Shown: piece by piece, positions 1-7,417 of the stretch | How the letters are laid out: each line of letters starts with the position of its first letter | Numbering within the stretch: the stretch's first letter is position 1 | Source: an uncultured virus (IMG/VR IMGVR_UViG_3300033068_001325) | Taxonomy: Duplodnaviria; Heunggongvirae; Uroviricota; Caudoviricetes | Direction: 5' to 3' (one strand) | Length of the DNA: 20,000 nt | IMG/VR virus record: IMGVR_UViG_3300033068_001325 | The notes under the pieces: generated by a model | What the model was told of the DNA's origin: nothing | Databases searched by the model: none | Seen by the model: the letters and a program-made list of their open reading frames with translations, nothing else | Translations under genes and position numbers: made by a program

Positions 1-168
1 CATGTCCAGGCGCTGCTCGATCCGGTGGCAACGAATTCCGAGCATCTTGGAATCGGCAAACCCACCGACCTGCTGCATGCGCGTGATCTCGCGCTGCTGA
101 TCGCGCACAAGCTGCTCGAGCTTCGCAATTCGCTCCTGGTCGGTCGGCGCCTTTTTCTCGTCGCCCAT
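1..168 (-). CDS. Hypothetical protein, 5' part only (runs off window); first gene after the terminator
   Basis: Read manually: ATG at 168 preceded by GAAGGG; open to position 1 (MGDEKKAPTDQERIAKLEQLVRDQQREITRMQQVGG...), coiled-coil-like heptads. Not in ORF track because no stop lies in the window. Confidence 0.65.
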   Translation of the reverse strand, partial: MGDEKKAPTDQERIAKLEQLVRDQQREITRMQQVGGFADSKMLGIRCHRIEQRLDM

Positions 169-186
169 CTGGGTTCCCAGCCCTTC

Positions 187-229
187 AAAAACGCCAACGG
201 GCCCGGGTTTCCCTCGGGCCCGCCTGGCG
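187..229 (-). terminator. Intrinsic (Rho-independent) terminator
   Basis: Minus strand CGCCAGGCGGGCCCGAGG-GAAA-CCCGGGCCCGTTGGCG followed by TTTTT: long GC stem, GAAA tetraloop, U-tract. Confidence 0.8.
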
Positions 230-264
230 GTCCATTGCCTCTTGGCGTAATACCCCCTGCGGGG

Positions 265-297
265 CTCGCACGCGCATTGAGTGTCACGGGTTGTCAA
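265..297 (-). promoter_or_regulatory. Candidate leftward (late?) promoter with perfect -35 and no clear -10
   Basis: TTGACA on minus strand at 297-292, ~60 nt upstream of the terminator; the 17-bp-spaced -10 position (CGCGTG) is non-consensus. Confidence 0.3.
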
Positions 298-310
298 AAT
301 TGCAAGCGGT

Positions 311-355
311 CGGACGGGTACGCGGACGGGTACGCGGACGGGTACGCGCGGGGTA
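311..355. repeat. 12-bp tandem repeat CGGACGGGTACG x3 plus one degenerate copy
   Basis: Exact copies at 311-322, 323-334 and 335-346, then CGCGGGGTA at 347-355. Confidence 0.95.
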
Positions 356-379
356 TGAGGATACGAATACCCAAATAAA

Positions 380-967
380 ATGATGCAAAATCAAATGTTT
401 GATTTTTTATCGGCATTTTGTAAAGAAAAATTTGGAATAAAGGAGGATTTTCCGTTGCCAGCCCCAATTCCTACAAAGACCTGCCCGAAATGCAGCCATG
501 CCAAAAGGATTACCGATTTCTACAAATCCTCCCGAATCGGAGGGGATGGCTATGACAATGTATGCAAGAAGTGCAGGGCCCAATATTCGAAAAACTGGCG
601 CCAAGAAAACGTCCACATCAACTACAACATCACCAAAGATCACCACCAATACATGCTCGAAATTCGTGGCGAGCGGTGCCCAATCTGCGGTGAGAAAGAC
701 GAAGTCCCGCACATCGATCACTGCCATAAAACCGGAAAGGTCCGGGGCTTACTTTGTCAGCGATGCAACATGGCCCTCGGCTTCCTCCGAGACAACCCGC
801 GCGCCTGCCTTCGCGCCGCGGTCTACCTGCAGAGCGCAGGAGAGCCCGGATTCCCTTGCAATTTAGGAACACTCGATAGTCTTGTAATGGAAGCCTTCGC
901 CAATCTCACGCCCCGCCGACGCATGAGAGTGGGGATTCGGTTCAAAGGCCCTGCTGCCGGCCATTAG
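380..967 (+). CDS. Endonuclease VII-type HNH (homing-like) endonuclease with N-terminal Cys-rich zinc module
   Basis: CPICG...HIDHCHKTGKVRGLLCQRCNMALG..RDNP is the EndoVII/HNH signature; N-terminal CPKC...DFY...CKKC. Start could be 380, 383 or 395. Confidence 0.9.
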   Translation: MMQNQMFDFLSAFCKEKFGIKEDFPLPAPIPTKTCPKCSHAKRITDFYKSSRIGGDGYDNVCKKCRAQYSKNWRQENVHINYNITKDHHQYMLEIRGERCPICGEKDEVPHIDHCHKTGKVRGLLCQRCNMALGFLRDNPRACLRAAVYLQSAGEPGFPCNLGTLDSLVMEAFANLTPRRRMRVGIRFKGPAAGH

Positions 968-1428
968 AGCACCGCTGGAGCGTTTCCGCCAGAATCAGGC
1001 AGGGACGCCCCATGGCGGCGCCCGCGCGCATGAGAGGCGTGCTCACGAAGCACCAGCTCGGCCTCGTAATATTGGCCAGTCACCCCCCACAGCACCAAGG
1101 CCAACAGGAACGGGTCGACCCCGTACCGGCGCCAAAAAATCCCCTCGTTACCTGCGCGACCTTCTTCGTCATGGTGCGGCCGACACCCAGGCAATGTCCA
1201 CCGATCATCTGCCGTCTGTCCGCCCCCAGCCGGCTCCTTGCCATGCAGCCGCGAACCATCCCGCAAGTGCATAGGATCGTCAGCCTGGATCTCACGCCCT
1301 TCGACCAAGCAGCAGACGCACGGCAGCGTCTTGATAAACTGCCGATGGCGATCGTTCTTCACGCGCGGCGTCCTCACCGGCTTCAACCGGGATTCCCATC
1401 CGCCCTCGGGCACAATGCGAGCAGCCAT
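964..1428 (-). CDS. DUF968-like / His-Me finger zinc-binding protein (putative nuclease)
   Basis: FIKTLPCVCC...DPMHLR...DDRWTLPGCRPHHDE...FW pattern. Start set at ATG 1428, coupled by TGATG overlap to the upstream small ORF. Confidence 0.75.
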   Translation of the reverse strand: MAARIVPEGGWESRLKPVRTPRVKNDRHRQFIKTLPCVCCLVEGREIQADDPMHLRDGSRLHGKEPAGGGQTADDRWTLPGCRPHHDEEGRAGNEGIFWRRYGVDPFLLALVLWGVTGQYYEAELVLREHASHARGRRHGASLPDSGGNAPAVL

Positions 1429-1544
1429 CACCAACTCCGGCCGCAAGTCGTGCAGCTATGCACTGGCGTTCGCGTGCCGTCGACTTCGACGCGGTCGTAA
1501 AAGACCCAGCGGTGAAACACCAAACACCAAAAATATCGGAACAT
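1428..1544 (-). CDS. Small (38 aa) Cys/His zinc-ribbon-like phage protein
   Basis: Read manually: MFRYFWCLVFHRWVFYDRVEVDGTRTPVHSCTTCGRSW*. C-x3-H...CxxCG; exactly fills the gap between the WYL stop (1547) and the next ATG (TGATG). Confidence 0.7.
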   Translation of the reverse strand: MFRYFWCLVFHRWVFYDRVEVDGTRTPVHSCTTCGRSW

Positions 1545-1546
1545 CT

Positions 1547-1918
1547 TCACCATGACGGCTCCTCGTCTTTGAGAATTGCTTCGATATGAGCAAGAGCGAG
1601 ATCGCCATCGATCAATAATCGCGACGTTCTCAGCTTCTGTAACCGGTTCACCATGCGCGCGTTGCGCTCCATCGATCGCTGCAGCTGCTTGGCGAGCGAG
1701 GCCTCAGCGGTGGCACCCGCCGGCGGATACCAGCCGGGGATGCCGTTCAGCGCAAACGTTCGATGCACATTCTTCGTGATGTCCCAAGCCTCGAGCAGCC
1801 ACTGCGGGTCGGGATGCCATGGCGTTGAACCAAACGAGATGCGCGTCGGCTCGATCGGCCGCAACGCGCGCTCGCCGCGATAGTTGGTGTAATCAATAAC
1901 GACTGCAGTCTCGCTCAT
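1547..1918 (-). CDS. Stand-alone WYL-domain protein
   Basis: IDYTNYRGERALRPIEPTRI...QWLLEAWD...RTFALNGI matches the WYL SH3-like fold; no N-terminal HTH; C-terminal helical tail; ATGA overlap with upstream gene. Confidence 0.85.
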   Translation of the reverse strand: MSETAVVIDYTNYRGERALRPIEPTRISFGSTPWHPDPQWLLEAWDITKNVHRTFALNGIPGWYPPAGATAEASLAKQLQRSMERNARMVNRLQKLRTSRLLIDGDLALAHIEAILKDEEPSW

Positions 1919-2184
1919 GTCAGCCCCTTCCGAAGTTTCTTAGCTTCCTTTGTCAGCCGGCGAAGGTTTTCCTTCCCCTGCTCGGGATGGTCTCGGAATC
2001 TAGTCCAAAGCGCGATCATGTAGTTGGCGAGCGCAACGCGCGATCGCTTCGTCATGCTGCCGGCGTAGCCCGCCGGACGATCGCCGTCCCAGACACACAG
2101 ATTTGTCGTCAAGCCCACCACGCCGCTCCAAAACTCCCACGAGCAGCCCGGCGCCTTTATCGGCATTTTTTTGTGGATGTTCAT
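1915..2184 (-). CDS. Hypothetical protein (89 aa)
   Basis: ATGA overlaps at both ends within the minus-strand operon. Confidence 0.65.
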   Translation of the reverse strand: MNIHKKMPIKAPGCSWEFWSGVVGLTTNLCVWDGDRPAGYAGSMTKRSRVALANYMIALWTRFRDHPEQGKENLRRLTKEAKKLRKGLT

Positions 2185-3014
2185 GTGGGCGCCTTTCCGT
2201 CTCGCTTGAGACCTTCAACGATCAGTTTGATTGCTTCCTTGCGGTCTCGATAAAACACCTGCCGATGCACGCCGATGTCGCGGCACTTCCTCGCGATCGG
2301 TGCACCCCATGCGCGCCACATCGCACCGAGATTGGCAAAGCCAGCAAGGTCAGGATGCTCTTCGCGTAAATAGGTGAGGGTCCACCCAAGCGATTCTTCT
2401 GCACGGCGCATTTCGTCTGCCGACGGAAGCCCGCTCTTGAACCGATGCGCGATCGCGTTGCGTAGCGACTTGTTGCCGGCCTGGTGCACAAGGTCAGACA
2501 TCTGCCTGATAACTTGAGGCATCGCATTTCCAAATTCGCGCGGATATACGCTGCCCGAGGTAGCGCGAAACAGCGTCTTGAATGCCTCGGTCAACCGCTC
2601 CTCGACCAAACCTTCGGTCCACTCGACTCCAGAAATGCGCGCACGCGCTGTGAGCTCTTCCTGTCTCTCACGACGGCGGCGGGATAGAACACCAGGATCC
2701 ACCGGCACCGTCTCGCCGGAAAACGATTCCACTCGATCGGCTTCTTTGCGCAGGAGCTGCATTTTGTCGTCGACATTTCCTACAGGGGAAATCAAGTCGT
2801 CCGGCAATGGAGCCAGAACATCTTCACGATCGATGTCGGCTTGGCCGATCAATCCATCGGGACCAACCTGCAACGGCCAGTCGCGATCCTTGAACCTTTC
2901 CTTCAAGCGGCGTCGATGCTTTCCAAGCTTGCGGTTTTCCCGCTCGTTTTCAAGCCGACGCTCTTTGCGGTTTGCCAAAATCGCAGGATCAGAGGGCTTT
3001 TTTGTATCCACCAT
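2181..3014 (-). CDS. Putative late-gene transcription regulator (DUF6362-like C-terminal HTH region)
   Basis: WTEGLVEERLTEAFKTL...PSADEMRRAEESLGW...IARKCRDIGVHRQVFYRDRKEAIKLIVEGL resembles the alphaproteobacterial phage DUF6362 family; located where lambdoid Q-type genes lie, after replication genes. Confidence 0.65.
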   Translation of the reverse strand: MVDTKKPSDPAILANRKERRLENERENRKLGKHRRRLKERFKDRDWPLQVGPDGLIGQADIDREDVLAPLPDDLISPVGNVDDKMQLLRKEADRVESFSGETVPVDPGVLSRRRRERQEELTARARISGVEWTEGLVEERLTEAFKTLFRATSGSVYPREFGNAMPQVIRQMSDLVHQAGNKSLRNAIAHRFKSGLPSADEMRRAEESLGWTLTYLREEHPDLAGFANLGAMWRAWGAPIARKCRDIGVHRQVFYRDRKEAIKLIVEGLKRDGKAPT

Positions 3015-3032
3015 CAGAAAGCCTGCATCATC

Positions 3033-5537
3033 CTAAAATGGCATCGGGTCTGTCGAGCTCTCGCCCGGTGCAAGAATTGGCTTTGGTGGATCCTTCTTCT
3101 TCGGAACAGGAGGCCATTGCAATCCCTTACCATATACGCGACGGCCGGTCGGCCAAATCCAATGCGTATCAGTGCCGGGCTCTTGCATAATTCCGATGAC
3201 ATTGTAGGGCACCAAACTCTCGTGGAATCTGCGCGTGCGCGCCTTCAAGCGACCGCGATATTTAGCCTCGTCTTCACCCTCTTCCTTCGGCTGACTGAGC
3301 CGATATTGGCGGGCAAGATCGGTCCACTTCACAACCTTCCCAATCGAGTTTGGAATCTGCAGGTGTGCTGGAGGAGGAACGCCGACGGTGTCGATCGCCT
3401 TCAATAGAGCCTGGAATACACCGACGTCATGTCCCTTCAAGTAGAAGCCTTCAGGACGCGGCCGGCCAGCAGCATGCTCATCGATCACTTCGCCAGGAAC
3501 ATGCTGCGCTGGCTCGATCGACACCATTGACGTAATGGGGTCGCCATCTTCGTCCGTTCCGATCTCCACCGGCTCGAGAACAAACTCCCATTGCACACGG
3601 TCATCGCCCTCGCGCTGCTTTTGAATGACGCCACGGCGAACGACTCGACCATTGTCATCACGCTTTTCCGTTTTCGCCTTCGCATCTGTGACAACGCGCT
3701 CGATCAGAATTGCGGTCTCGATATTATTGAAAAACTGCTCATTGCCACGATGCTTTCCTTCAGCATTGGTATGGCCAATGATAATCAGCGGCGCGCCCGT
3801 CAGGTCACGCAATGTCTGATAGTTTTCGAGAATGCGATTGATGTCTTCCGACTTGATTTCGCTCGAGCCTCGCGACGCTGCATTATGCGTGTCGACGACT
3901 ACGGCTCCTAGCGGGAGCTGGAATCCTTGCGACATCTGCACAATTTCGTCAGCAAGCGCCTTGGCATTGTCTTCGCTGGCGAACAGGTTCGGCGGCCGCG
4001 TGACCCAAGCAAATGAATGCAGGTCCGCAGCTGTCATCCCGTAGTGCTGGAGATAGGCGCGCAGCCGGTTTTCAAAACCTGTGGCGCCTTCATAGGTGAG
4101 ATAGACTGATCCGCATGGAATGACCTTCCTGCCGGCAAAAGGCTCACCGCTGTGCATGTGCATCAGCATGTCGAGGCACTCAAATGTTTTGCCTGATCGG
4201 CTTGGCCCCATCAGCAGCGCGTTGTCGTGCATGGGAAGGATTCCCTTGATGCGCCACGGATAGGCGCGCACTGGAGCGCCAAGATCGAATGAAGTCTTTG
4301 CCCCGAATTTCGATTTATAGGGCTCCGGCTTCCATTCCTTCAGTCCGTCTACAATCTCCAGCAATTGCTCCTTGGTGCCGCCAGCGATATCGCGCCAGTC
4401 CTTGACGTCACCCTTCATCGGACACTGCTGCCACACGTCGCGGAAATTGAGCGACTGCACCAGCTCGACGCCAACCGCCTTCAACATCGGAGCCAGCTTG
4501 GCTACGCGCTCGGCACCTGCGCGATCGTTATCCTGGAGAATGATGACGTTACGAGCACCGCGGAAAAACTCGGCGCAGGCCGGCGTGAAATGCTTCGCTC
4601 CGCCGGAGTTGGTTACGGCCAGCAAGCCCCACTCGGTCAGCACGTCGACCTTCGCTTCACCTTCGGGAATGAAGATCGAGCGTTGATCTTCCTTCGGCTC
4701 CTGCAGCTCGTCGATCACGGCATTGGCATTGTAAAGCCAGTGATCGACGTTGCCGAGCTCGGCAAATGTGCGAACCGTGATGTTATTCCACTTCAGCCGC
4801 TCCTCATTCGCCCGCAGCCATGCAGAGCTCCGCGCCGTCTTGATGAATTCAAACGGTTCGTTGCTGTCTCGGTCCAGCACGTCAAGGCCAAGAATCCAGG
4901 TGCCGTCGCCGGCCGGGCGGCGCTGCATGAATGTCTTCCAGATTTTGCCTTCCCGCGTGCGCTTCCACTCACCATCAGGCATGCGCTCCTGCATGCGCAC
5001 GACCTGGTAGAGCAACTGGTTTTCCGGATCGACATAGTTCCACTCGGCTATGACTTCCCGTTTTCCCTGCGCAGCAGGGCGAGCGGAAGCGCCGGCATTC
5101 TCTGCAGCATCTCCCACACTTCCCGCAGCCCGATCTCCTCGAGCTGCTCGCGCACCTTCTGCTCGGCCTGGAGGGGGTCGAGATTCTCGTCCTGCATTGT
5201 CATGTCGACCAGACGAAGCCGCAGACTGTCGAGCTCCGTTTTTGTGGCTCCCCTCCATGAGATCGACGCCGGCGAGCTGCGCAAGCTCTTTGACCGCCGC
5301 CGGGAAGTCGAGGCCTTGATAGATTTGCATGTATTCGAAGACGTCGTGCCCTTTGCCATCGCCGTCCTTTCCGAATTCGCACCAGATTTTCTTGCCGTCG
5401 TTGACCGTGAAGGACTCGTTGCCCTTCTGCACCCACTCGCCCGCACCCTTCTTCACCAACTGAATATACGAGCCGATGACGTCGCTCGGCTTCAAACGAG
5501 TTTTGATTTCTTCGATGTCGCGCGGGTCGAATGACAT
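3033..5537 (-). CDS. Primase-helicase fusion: DnaG-type N-terminal domain + TOPRIM + RepA/AAA_25 (SF4-like) helicase
   Basis: N-term IEEIKTRL...SFTVN...DVFEY...LDFPAAVKELA (DnaG ZBD-like); TOPRIM IPEGEAKVD...IILQDNDRAG...GDVKDW; Walker A GPSRSGKT, Walker B VVVDT, IIGH...RG motif. Confidence 0.9.
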   Translation of the reverse strand: MSFDPRDIEEIKTRLKPSDVIGSYIQLVKKGAGEWVQKGNESFTVNDGKKIWCEFGKDGDGKGHDVFEYMQIYQGLDFPAAVKELAQLAGVDLMEGSHKNGARQSAASSGRHDNAGRESRPPPGRAEGARAARGDRAAGSVGDAAENAGASARPAAQGKREVIAEWNYVDPENQLLYQVVRMQERMPDGEWKRTREGKIWKTFMQRRPAGDGTWILGLDVLDRDSNEPFEFIKTARSSAWLRANEERLKWNNITVRTFAELGNVDHWLYNANAVIDELQEPKEDQRSIFIPEGEAKVDVLTEWGLLAVTNSGGAKHFTPACAEFFRGARNVIILQDNDRAGAERVAKLAPMLKAVGVELVQSLNFRDVWQQCPMKGDVKDWRDIAGGTKEQLLEIVDGLKEWKPEPYKSKFGAKTSFDLGAPVRAYPWRIKGILPMHDNALLMGPSRSGKTFECLDMLMHMHSGEPFAGRKVIPCGSVYLTYEGATGFENRLRAYLQHYGMTAADLHSFAWVTRPPNLFASEDNAKALADEIVQMSQGFQLPLGAVVVDTHNAASRGSSEIKSEDINRILENYQTLRDLTGAPLIIIGHTNAEGKHRGNEQFFNNIETAILIERVVTDAKAKTEKRDDNGRVVRRGVIQKQREGDDRVQWEFVLEPVEIGTDEDGDPITSMVSIEPAQHVPGEVIDEHAAGRPRPEGFYLKGHDVGVFQALLKAIDTVGVPPPAHLQIPNSIGKVVKWTDLARQYRLSQPKEEGEDEAKYRGRLKARTRRFHESLVPYNVIGIMQEPGTDTHWIWPTGRRVYGKGLQWPPVPKKKDPPKPILAPGESSTDPMPF

Positions 5538-5542
5538 TTGCG

Positions 5543-6136
5543 TCAGGACTTCCTATCGAACTTCGTTTTTTCGCGCCCCCATGTCGACCAACCTTCACGC
5601 GACTGACGCGCGAAGATGTCGGCGCGTCGCCAACCAGGAGTCAGCCGCTCGAGCTCGGCATAAAATTCATCCGGCTTGCGTGAATTTTCGCGCGCAAGAC
5701 CCGGCAACTCTGCCTCACCGAAGGTCTCGATCAGGTTCTTCATATCCCGACCACGAAAGCCATGTCCCCTGCGCGCAGTAATGAGATACGGCTCGCAGAC
5801 GGTGCGAACAATATGCCCGGGGCCCCATCGTAGCTTGCCGTTGACGCTGCGCTTTGACCATGCTCCGCCGGTTTTTACTTCAAGGCCGAACACATCCTGA
5901 ATAATGCGCGCCTGCTTTGCGATCAGCGGCCATGTAACCCAGAAGAAGACAACACCGCGCGGCGATAGCAGATCCTCCGGCCGCGTTTGTTCTATTTCCT
6001 GGAGCGTCATGGTGTCGTATTGCGGCGTCTTCTTCCGACCGCTGTCGGCCCACGTCTCCCACGGCCACGGGTAGTCGATCATCACCAGATCGAAGGCACC
6101 AATAGGAAGCGGCCGGAAGAACGAATGCTCAATCAC
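5543..6136 (-). CDS. MT-A70 family adenine methyltransferase (orphan)
   Basis: FDLVMIDYPW, Y.TMTLQEI, VVFFWVT, WSK, G...R...E, SRKPDEFY, DIFARQSREGWSTWG: full MT-A70 motif series. Confidence 0.9.
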   Translation of the reverse strand: MIEHSFFRPLPIGAFDLVMIDYPWPWETWADSGRKKTPQYDTMTLQEIEQTRPEDLLSPRGVVFFWVTWPLIAKQARIIQDVFGLEVKTGGAWSKRSVNGKLRWGPGHIVRTVCEPYLITARRGHGFRGRDMKNLIETFGEAELPGLARENSRKPDEFYAELERLTPGWRRADIFARQSREGWSTWGREKTKFDRKS

Positions 6137-7146
6137 GAGACTTCCTTCATGATGAGACCGAAGCCGGGATAATATTCAATTTTCAGACCGATTTCGGCGA
6201 GCTGCTTGTTCATGGCAAGGCATGCGTGCCGAACCTCATCACGATGCTTTTCCGTATTGGAGCCGATCACTTCTTGAGCCAAGAAGGCCTCGCTGATATG
6301 CCCCTTTCCCATGGCAATTCGCAGTTTGCTCGCAAAAATGTAGTAGCGCGACGTCGGCAACATGACTGACTTGTCGCCATGATTGAACTCCACTCCCTTC
6401 GGAGCAGGAATTGTCGGCTTCGGTGCAACCTTCGGCGCCAGTGGCGCTACCTTTGGAGGAGATATGGCTGGCGCAGGCGAAGATTTTGCAGCACCAGGCA
6501 ACACAAAGTTGATCCCGCTGCGCGCAAGCTTTTCAGCTTTGACAAAATCATAGAGAACAGCTGTCCAGCTATCAGGCATTGCCGCCCAATACTTCACACG
6601 CGCCCAATCGCGAATCTGTGGTCCGGATGCGGCCCCTCCTAAGGCAGCTATCGCCTCAACTGCAATTGCCAAATTGGTAGGAATACTTGCAGGACGCCCC
6701 GCTTTCGATGGAGCTCCTCCTACATTGCGGTTTGCTTTGGACGCTTCAACCGAAATGATACGTGCCGCTTCTTGAACGGTTTCTGCCGAGCTCGACCGCT
6801 CGCTTCCCATCCGGGTTTCCTCGGGCGCTTCCGTGGTCTTCGCGTCTCCGCTCCCACTCGCTACGCCTTCGGCGCCGGCCATAGCCTCGTCCGTCGGCTC
6901 GGCAGAACTCTTGATTGGAGCAGTACCAGGATCGGAGAGTGTGTCTCCGGGCACAAGCCATTCAATCTCGATGCGTTCGGCAGGCCCATAGACCATGTCG
7001 AGAATAGACTCCATGGCGCGCAGCCACTCGAGTCGATCGGCCAACGGCCACACGGCGCCGCGCGCTGGAAGACGTTTGAGCATCTCGACAATAACCGGGT
7101 CCGTCCAACCCGGGACGCCGTCAACGCTTTCGGCTTTGCTTGTCAT
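6133..7146 (-). CDS. Multi-domain putative DNA-binding protein (central wHTH-like and C-terminal OmpR-type wHTH-like domains)
   Basis: Start set at ATG 7146 (MTSKAES); N-terminal LP..GAVWP...R.EWLRA...DMVYG helical module; low-complexity linkers; C-term ISEAFLAQEV...VRHACLAMNKQLAEIGLKIEYYPGFGLIM resembles Trans_reg_C wing. Confidence 0.6.
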   Translation of the reverse strand: MTSKAESVDGVPGWTDPVIVEMLKRLPARGAVWPLADRLEWLRAMESILDMVYGPAERIEIEWLVPGDTLSDPGTAPIKSSAEPTDEAMAGAEGVASGSGDAKTTEAPEETRMGSERSSSAETVQEAARIISVEASKANRNVGGAPSKAGRPASIPTNLAIAVEAIAALGGAASGPQIRDWARVKYWAAMPDSWTAVLYDFVKAEKLARSGINFVLPGAAKSSPAPAISPPKVAPLAPKVAPKPTIPAPKGVEFNHGDKSVMLPTSRYYIFASKLRIAMGKGHISEAFLAQEVIGSNTEKHRDEVRHACLAMNKQLAEIGLKIEYYPGFGLIMKEVS

Positions 7147-7417
7147 CCTTCGCCGCCCTTTCCAGCTCCTGCCGCTCGAGCCACTCGACCAAAGTGCAGA
7201 CATCTCGCATAGCCTGCAGCTCGCGCTGGTGCTCTTCCGCCATTCGTTTTTCCCCGCAATTCGCACCGCTGCAGGGGATAGGTTCGCCGTCTTCGTCGCG
7301 TTGCCCGCATGTCGGTGACAGGCAATTGCGCCGCGCGTAGTCCCGCAAGATGTGAACGCGATACAGCGCCCATGCGTAAATTCGATCGCGGGGGCGCTGC
7401 TCACTCAGGGATGTCAT
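7121..7417 (-). CDS. Hypothetical Cys-containing protein (98 aa)
   Basis: MTSLSEQRPRDRIYAW...CLSPTC...CSGANC...; protein-like, fills the gap between the resolvase and the 7146 start with short overlaps. Confidence 0.6.
   Translation of the reverse strand: MTSLSEQRPRDRIYAWALYRVHILRDYARRNCLSPTCGQRDEDGEPIPCSGANCGEKRMAEEHQRELQAMRDVCTLVEWLERQELERAAKDDKQSRKR

Noticed and set aside
3..11. Third copy of TGTCCAGGC (leader loop sequence)
   Set aside because: A single 9-mer inside a coding region is plausible by chance; the downstream context is off-window.
311..355. CRISPR-like array
   Set aside because: The 12-bp units are contiguous with no spacers, and no cas genes are present.
25..378. Plus-strand 117-aa ORF with DGYA repeats
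   Set aside because: It runs antisense across a real minus ORF, the terminator and the tandem repeat; the peptide repeat simply reflects the 12-bp DNA repeat; no SD.
4365..5534. Long antisense ORFs (also 11109-12020, 11651-12481, 14625-15518, 19029-19622)
   Set aside because: Shadow ORFs opposite well-supported genes, expected with GC-rich codon bias; no motifs.
7147..7404. N-terminal extension of the 423-aa ORF from GTG 7404
   Set aside because: The overlapping frame (7121-7417) is more protein-like and ATG 7146 has a purine-rich upstream sequence; the GTGA overlap means the longer start is not fully excluded.
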